In this document: in pieces, positions 28,567 to 32,000 of the stretch
Layout: each line of letters opens with the position of its first letter
How positions within the stretch are numbered: position 1 is the first letter of the stretch
Assembly (NCBI RefSeq): GCF_003367075.2
Contig: NZ_CP065936.1
Coordinates: forward strand, 1,890,001 to 1,922,000
Source of the DNA: Cylindrospermopsis raciborskii Cr2010
GTDB lineage: Bacteria; Cyanobacteriota; Cyanobacteriia; Cyanobacteriales; Nostocaceae
Reading direction: 5' to 3'
DNA length: 32,000 nucleotides
Program-made: the position numbers and the translations under genes
The notes under the pieces: model-generated
Seen by the model: only the letters and a program-made list of their open reading frames with translations
What the model was told of the DNA's origin: nothing
Databases searched by the model: none

Positions 28567-30197
28567 CCTACATTAATTAGATCGTTGATCCAAATAATCA
28601 TATCTATATCTTTCACAAGTGTGTTTCTTTCACCATAAAGAATTGTTGCGGATTCTGTCTGTAGATGTCTTTCGTCCTCAAAATAAATATCAAACAAGGA
28701 CATTCCTAATAGATATTTACTACGATCTTGACTCGATTTATGTAAATCAATGGCATGACGGGCTTTGAGTTCAGCAAGATCACTATAAATATGATTCCAA
28801 TTTGGTTTACAGTTATCCTTCCTACCTCTACATTCCCATTTTGGGTAAGTTTTACCATCCCTGTCCCGGTATCGTTTTAAAACATATAGATAATTCCACG
28901 GACAAGTCCATTGTACATATTGTCCACTATTAAACACAACTCGAATAGTCACTCTGTCCTTACCAGAAGATTTTGCTATCTTCTGTGTTTCTCGACAATG
29001 CTGTAACACATCTCGCTGAGGTACACCCCCTGCTGCCCAGACAAAACCAACACTTAAAGTTATCTTTTGTTTATGCTCATTCCATCGGTCATTCAAAGTC
29101 ATTAACCATTCATAAACTTCCAACCCTATCTTTTTGTCCGTCTGTTTACTGTCTGAAGTCTTTTTTTCAGTTTGTCTACCATAAATTACCCCTAGGAAAT
29201 CATCGCCACCCGCATAAATAACTCTCCCTTGAATATTCGGATTGGGATATCTGTTAAAGTCTTCATAAAAATCCTCCCCCCACTTTAGCATTGCTCTACT
29301 AAATCTACTTAAACCCACATCTCCTTCATCTTCTGCAATATTTTTCAGATGCTCACCAACGTTATCTCCATCTCCCATGAACCATCCTGTCCACAGATAC
29401 TCTGTTTTACCATTAAAATTCGATTGACGCTGGATTTCTGTAAATCTTTCTACCACCGACATGCCCAATTCTTCTGCAATACTGGGATACGTAACTAAAC
29501 GTTTAGTCAGTTCAGGAATACTCAACTTTTCTCTAGGGTCAATAAATTTACCTTGAATTTCTGATGACGTTGGCTCTTCAGTTATTTTTGCCAGATCCGT
29601 ATAGAATGTTTTAATTTGTTTATTTTCTTCTTTATAGTTGGTATGTTTTGGATTACGCCCTGTTCCACCTAATCCTGGGAAAGCGATTGCATCACTACCA
29701 CTTAGACTAGAACTTTCTCCAACCCAATTTATTGCAGTCCAATCACGACACAGTTTTTTGGTTTCTAGTTCTTTCATTACGGATATAGGAGAATCTGCCT
29801 GAGCCCAAAAGATTTCCCAAGTATGATTGGCCCAATGATTCCATTCATCATCCCAATAATAAGGTTCTAAATGTCGCAGATTACTGGTCAACCATTCCTT
29901 ACAACAGTTAAGAACTTTTTTCCAAGTTTGTAAAATTGACTCTCTTGCTTTATCTTCTGGGAAATCGCCTTTAAAAAGAATTCGATTAGGAATTCCTCTT
30001 TCTATATTAGGAGATCCAGGTGAAATCACTTTGATAGTAGATATCTCCCGCTCAGCAGTATCAATTATATGTCTACTTAGGTACGAAAGAATTTGTGATG
30101 CACCATATAAGTCTCGTAACTTCCGAGACTTTTCTATAAATCCTTGTACAGGTGCAAAGGTGACAGCAGTATATATGTATTTTTCTTCGTCATCCAT
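28542..30197 (-). CDS. cmr2: Cas10/Cmr2, module 2, no recognisable N-terminal HD domain
   Basis: 551 aa; YTAVTFAPVQGFIEKSRKLRDLYGASQILSYLS; VIYAGGDDFLGVIYGRQ (GGDD encoded at 29199-29210, minus strand). Confidence 0.92.
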   Translation of the reverse strand: MDDEEKYIYTAVTFAPVQGFIEKSRKLRDLYGASQILSYLSRHIIDTAEREISTIKVISPGSPNIERGIPNRILFKGDFPEDKARESILQTWKKVLNCCKEWLTSNLRHLEPYYWDDEWNHWANHTWEIFWAQADSPISVMKELETKKLCRDWTAINWVGESSSLSGSDAIAFPGLGGTGRNPKHTNYKEENKQIKTFYTDLAKITEEPTSSEIQGKFIDPREKLSIPELTKRLVTYPSIAEELGMSVVERFTEIQRQSNFNGKTEYLWTGWFMGDGDNVGEHLKNIAEDEGDVGLSRFSRAMLKWGEDFYEDFNRYPNPNIQGRVIYAGGDDFLGVIYGRQTEKKTSDSKQTDKKIGLEVYEWLMTLNDRWNEHKQKITLSVGFVWAAGGVPQRDVLQHCRETQKIAKSSGKDRVTIRVVFNSGQYVQWTCPWNYLYVLKRYRDRDGKTYPKWECRGRKDNCKPNWNHIYSDLAELKARHAIDLHKSSQDRSKYLLGMSLFDIYFEDERHLQTESATILYGERNTLVKDIDMIIWINDLINVGWQICTNI

Positions 30198-30450
30198 TCT
30201 TTTTTACAGCCTCAACAAATGTAAACAAAGACACTTTAGGTGATTACAATCTTTCCCCGCATCTATCTTAAGGTAGATATTTAAAACTTGGAAAGAAATG
30301 CGATCGCATTTCTTAATACCTATAGATCCCAGCCTTGAAATGGGTTATGATGTCCACATACCAAGTCTAATCAACAATGATAACCTAGCCTTATTGTTAT
30401 AGAAAAGGCTTTTACAAACCTTAAAACAAACTCGGAGGGGCAAATTTTCC

Positions 30451-31146
30451 ATGAAAGGGAAACAAGTTTTACTAACAGGTGGAACAGGTGGACTGGGCTT
30501 AGGGGTCACACCCACGATTTTGGCTCAAGGTGCATATCTCACCATTCCGTACCGCAATCTTACTTATGTCGAAAGATTAAAAACAATCTTACCCCCTGCG
30601 GATATGGCCAGGATTCAATTTATTCCCGTAAATCTTGAAAGCGATTCTTCCGTGGAAGAACTGGTTAATAGCATGACCAAAGTCGACGTCTTAATTCATT
30701 TAGTCGGTGGTTTTTACTATGGCAAAACCCATGAATGCAGTTTTGACGATTGGAAACATCAATTTGAATTAAATGTTTACACAACTTTCTTAACCTGCAA
30801 ATATAGTTTAAAAAGAATGCTAGAGAATGGTTATGGGCGCATTGTTACTGTTAGTTCTCGTGCTGGTTTAGAGCCTGCTGCCAATCTAGCAGCTTATTCT
30901 GCATCTAAAGCCGCTGTGATAGCTCTAACTAAGGCTATAGCTGATGAAACTAGGGGCACTAATATCACCGCAAATACGGTTTTACCCAGTGTTATTGATA
31001 CACCCACTAATAGGGAGGCAATGGGTGTGGAAAAAGCTGGCGAATGGGTCAAACCCGAATCCATTGGCCAGGTAATTTGTTTTTTGGCTTCGGAAGCTGC
31101 TGGGGATATCCGGGGTGCTACTATTCCCGTTTATGGCAATATTTAA
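30451..31146 (+). CDS. Short-chain dehydrogenase/reductase (SDR) family oxidoreductase
   Basis: VLLTGGTGGLGLGV, GRIVTVSSRAG..., YSASKAAV (YxxxK). Confidence 0.9.
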   Translation: MKGKQVLLTGGTGGLGLGVTPTILAQGAYLTIPYRNLTYVERLKTILPPADMARIQFIPVNLESDSSVEELVNSMTKVDVLIHLVGGFYYGKTHECSFDDWKHQFELNVYTTFLTCKYSLKRMLENGYGRIVTVSSRAGLEPAANLAAYSASKAAVIALTKAIADETRGTNITANTVLPSVIDTPTNREAMGVEKAGEWVKPESIGQVICFLASEAAGDIRGATIPVYGNI

Positions 31147-31277
31147 GGGGAGCGATCGCATGGTTTGGGGATATTTTTTAAAAACCCCCCAATCCTCTCG
31201 AAGCAATGTTGAGTGGAGTATCTAATCCAGGCGATCGCATTTCTTAACACATATTTAGATGCCCGACCTAATCATTG

Positions 31278-31347
31278 TTATTCTTTACTACTTGAAGTAA
31301 AATTAGTATCCATATTTAGTTGATTCATCGCGCAAATATACAACGCT
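31278..31347 (+). mobile_element. Decayed 3'-end remnant of an IS1-like element related to 20082-20837
   Basis: 31314-31347 (ATTTAGTTGATTCATCGCGCAAATATACAACGCT) matches 20804-20837 (GTTTAGTTGATTCATCCCGCAAATATGCAACGCC) at 30/34; preceding bases resemble the transposase C-terminus (YYLK...IFS*). Confidence 0.72.
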
Positions 31348-31352
31348 AAGTT

Positions 31353-31571
31353 ATGTTGAAGCAAGAAGCACAATGGCTAGGAAAAATGATTTATTCTCTT
31401 GATCAAGATAGTATTTTTCCATTATTAAATCTTGGAAGTTCCAGTCAAAACTTCCGAGAAAAACAACAACCTTGGATATATCAATTCTTGTTTAAACCTG
31501 CTCAGCAATCCGCTGTAGTTTTAATTCCCCACGCCCTGGGTATCCTAGAAAATGTGGAAATTGGGCTTTAA
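31353..31571 (+). pseudogene. Possible truncated N-terminal fragment of a class I SAM-dependent methyltransferase-like protein
   Basis: MIYSLDQDSIFPLLNLGSSSQNFREKQQPWIYQFLFKP resembles the N-terminus of such proteins; the remainder does not continue into a methyltransferase fold. Confidence 0.35.
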
Positions 31572-31616
31572 TTCCTCTAGAAATAGCGATCGCACAGCCA
31601 AAAACATTTTGTTGAA

Positions 31617-32000
31617 CTATCCTTTCTCCGGATTGGTTAGTTTAATAACAAAATTTCTCAATACTTTCAACATAGCCAAATTAACTTCATGTCCCGCATC
31701 AAAGTGATGGTACTCAACAGGAACTCCCAAGGATTGTGCAACCTGTTGGCTTTTAATTGCAGCTGAGAGGGGAACAATCTGGTCTTGGGTTCCGTGCATA
31801 ATCAGAGTTGGGGGGAACTGGCGTTTTTCCATAGTGGAGACTTGAGGATGTAAATAGCCACTCATGACTGCTAAACCGGCTAAGGGTAAGTTGAGACCCA
31901 CATCTAAGGTCATGGCGCCACCCTGGGAAAATCCGGTCAAAATAGTTTTAGACAGGGGAATTCCTGTGGTGGTTGGTAGGGATTGCAACCAGTCTATTAA
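31617..32000 (-). CDS. Alpha/beta hydrolase (phospholipase/carboxylesterase family), N-terminus beyond the window
   Basis: TILTGFSQGGAMTLDVGLNLPLAGLAVMSGYL (GxSxG), LIMHGTQDQIVPL, FDAGHEV. Confidence 0.85.
   Translation of the reverse strand, partial: LIDWLQSLPTTTGIPLSKTILTGFSQGGAMTLDVGLNLPLAGLAVMSGYLHPQVSTMEKRQFPPTLIMHGTQDQIVPLSAAIKSQQVAQSLGVPVEYHHFDAGHEVNLAMLKVLRNFVIKLTNPEKG

Overview
This looks like cyanobacterial (probably Nostocales) chromosome: HIP1 GCGATCGC palindromes are frequent. After an ATPase fragment at the left edge and a phnDCE-type ABC transporter operon, about 26 kb is a compound type III CRISPR-Cas island. It contains: (i) two syntenic but diverged Cmr effector modules (cmr2-cmr3-cmr4-cmr5-large RAMP) on the minus strand, at 4137-9718 and 24276-30197; (ii) a csx18-like/cas1/cas2 block on the plus strand; (iii) one 50-repeat/49-spacer array (12094-15753) with its leader on the cas2 side; (iv) a CARF-HEPN (Csm6/Csx1-like) gene; (v) a CARF protein (TIGR02619/APE2256-like) whose C-terminus resembles the start of a RelE-type toxin and is cut off by an IS1-like element; (vi) a P-loop kinase-WYL fusion; (vii) a hicB with a frameshifted hicA; (viii) a nonsense-mutated TnpB element. 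Both Cas10/Cmr2 proteins lack an N-terminal HD domain but keep GGDD. The 554/600-aa RAMP proteins look like a Cmr6-type domain fused to a Cmr1-type domain, which would explain the missing separate cmr1. No cas6 is visible. All family assignments are from motif recognition; no database search was run.
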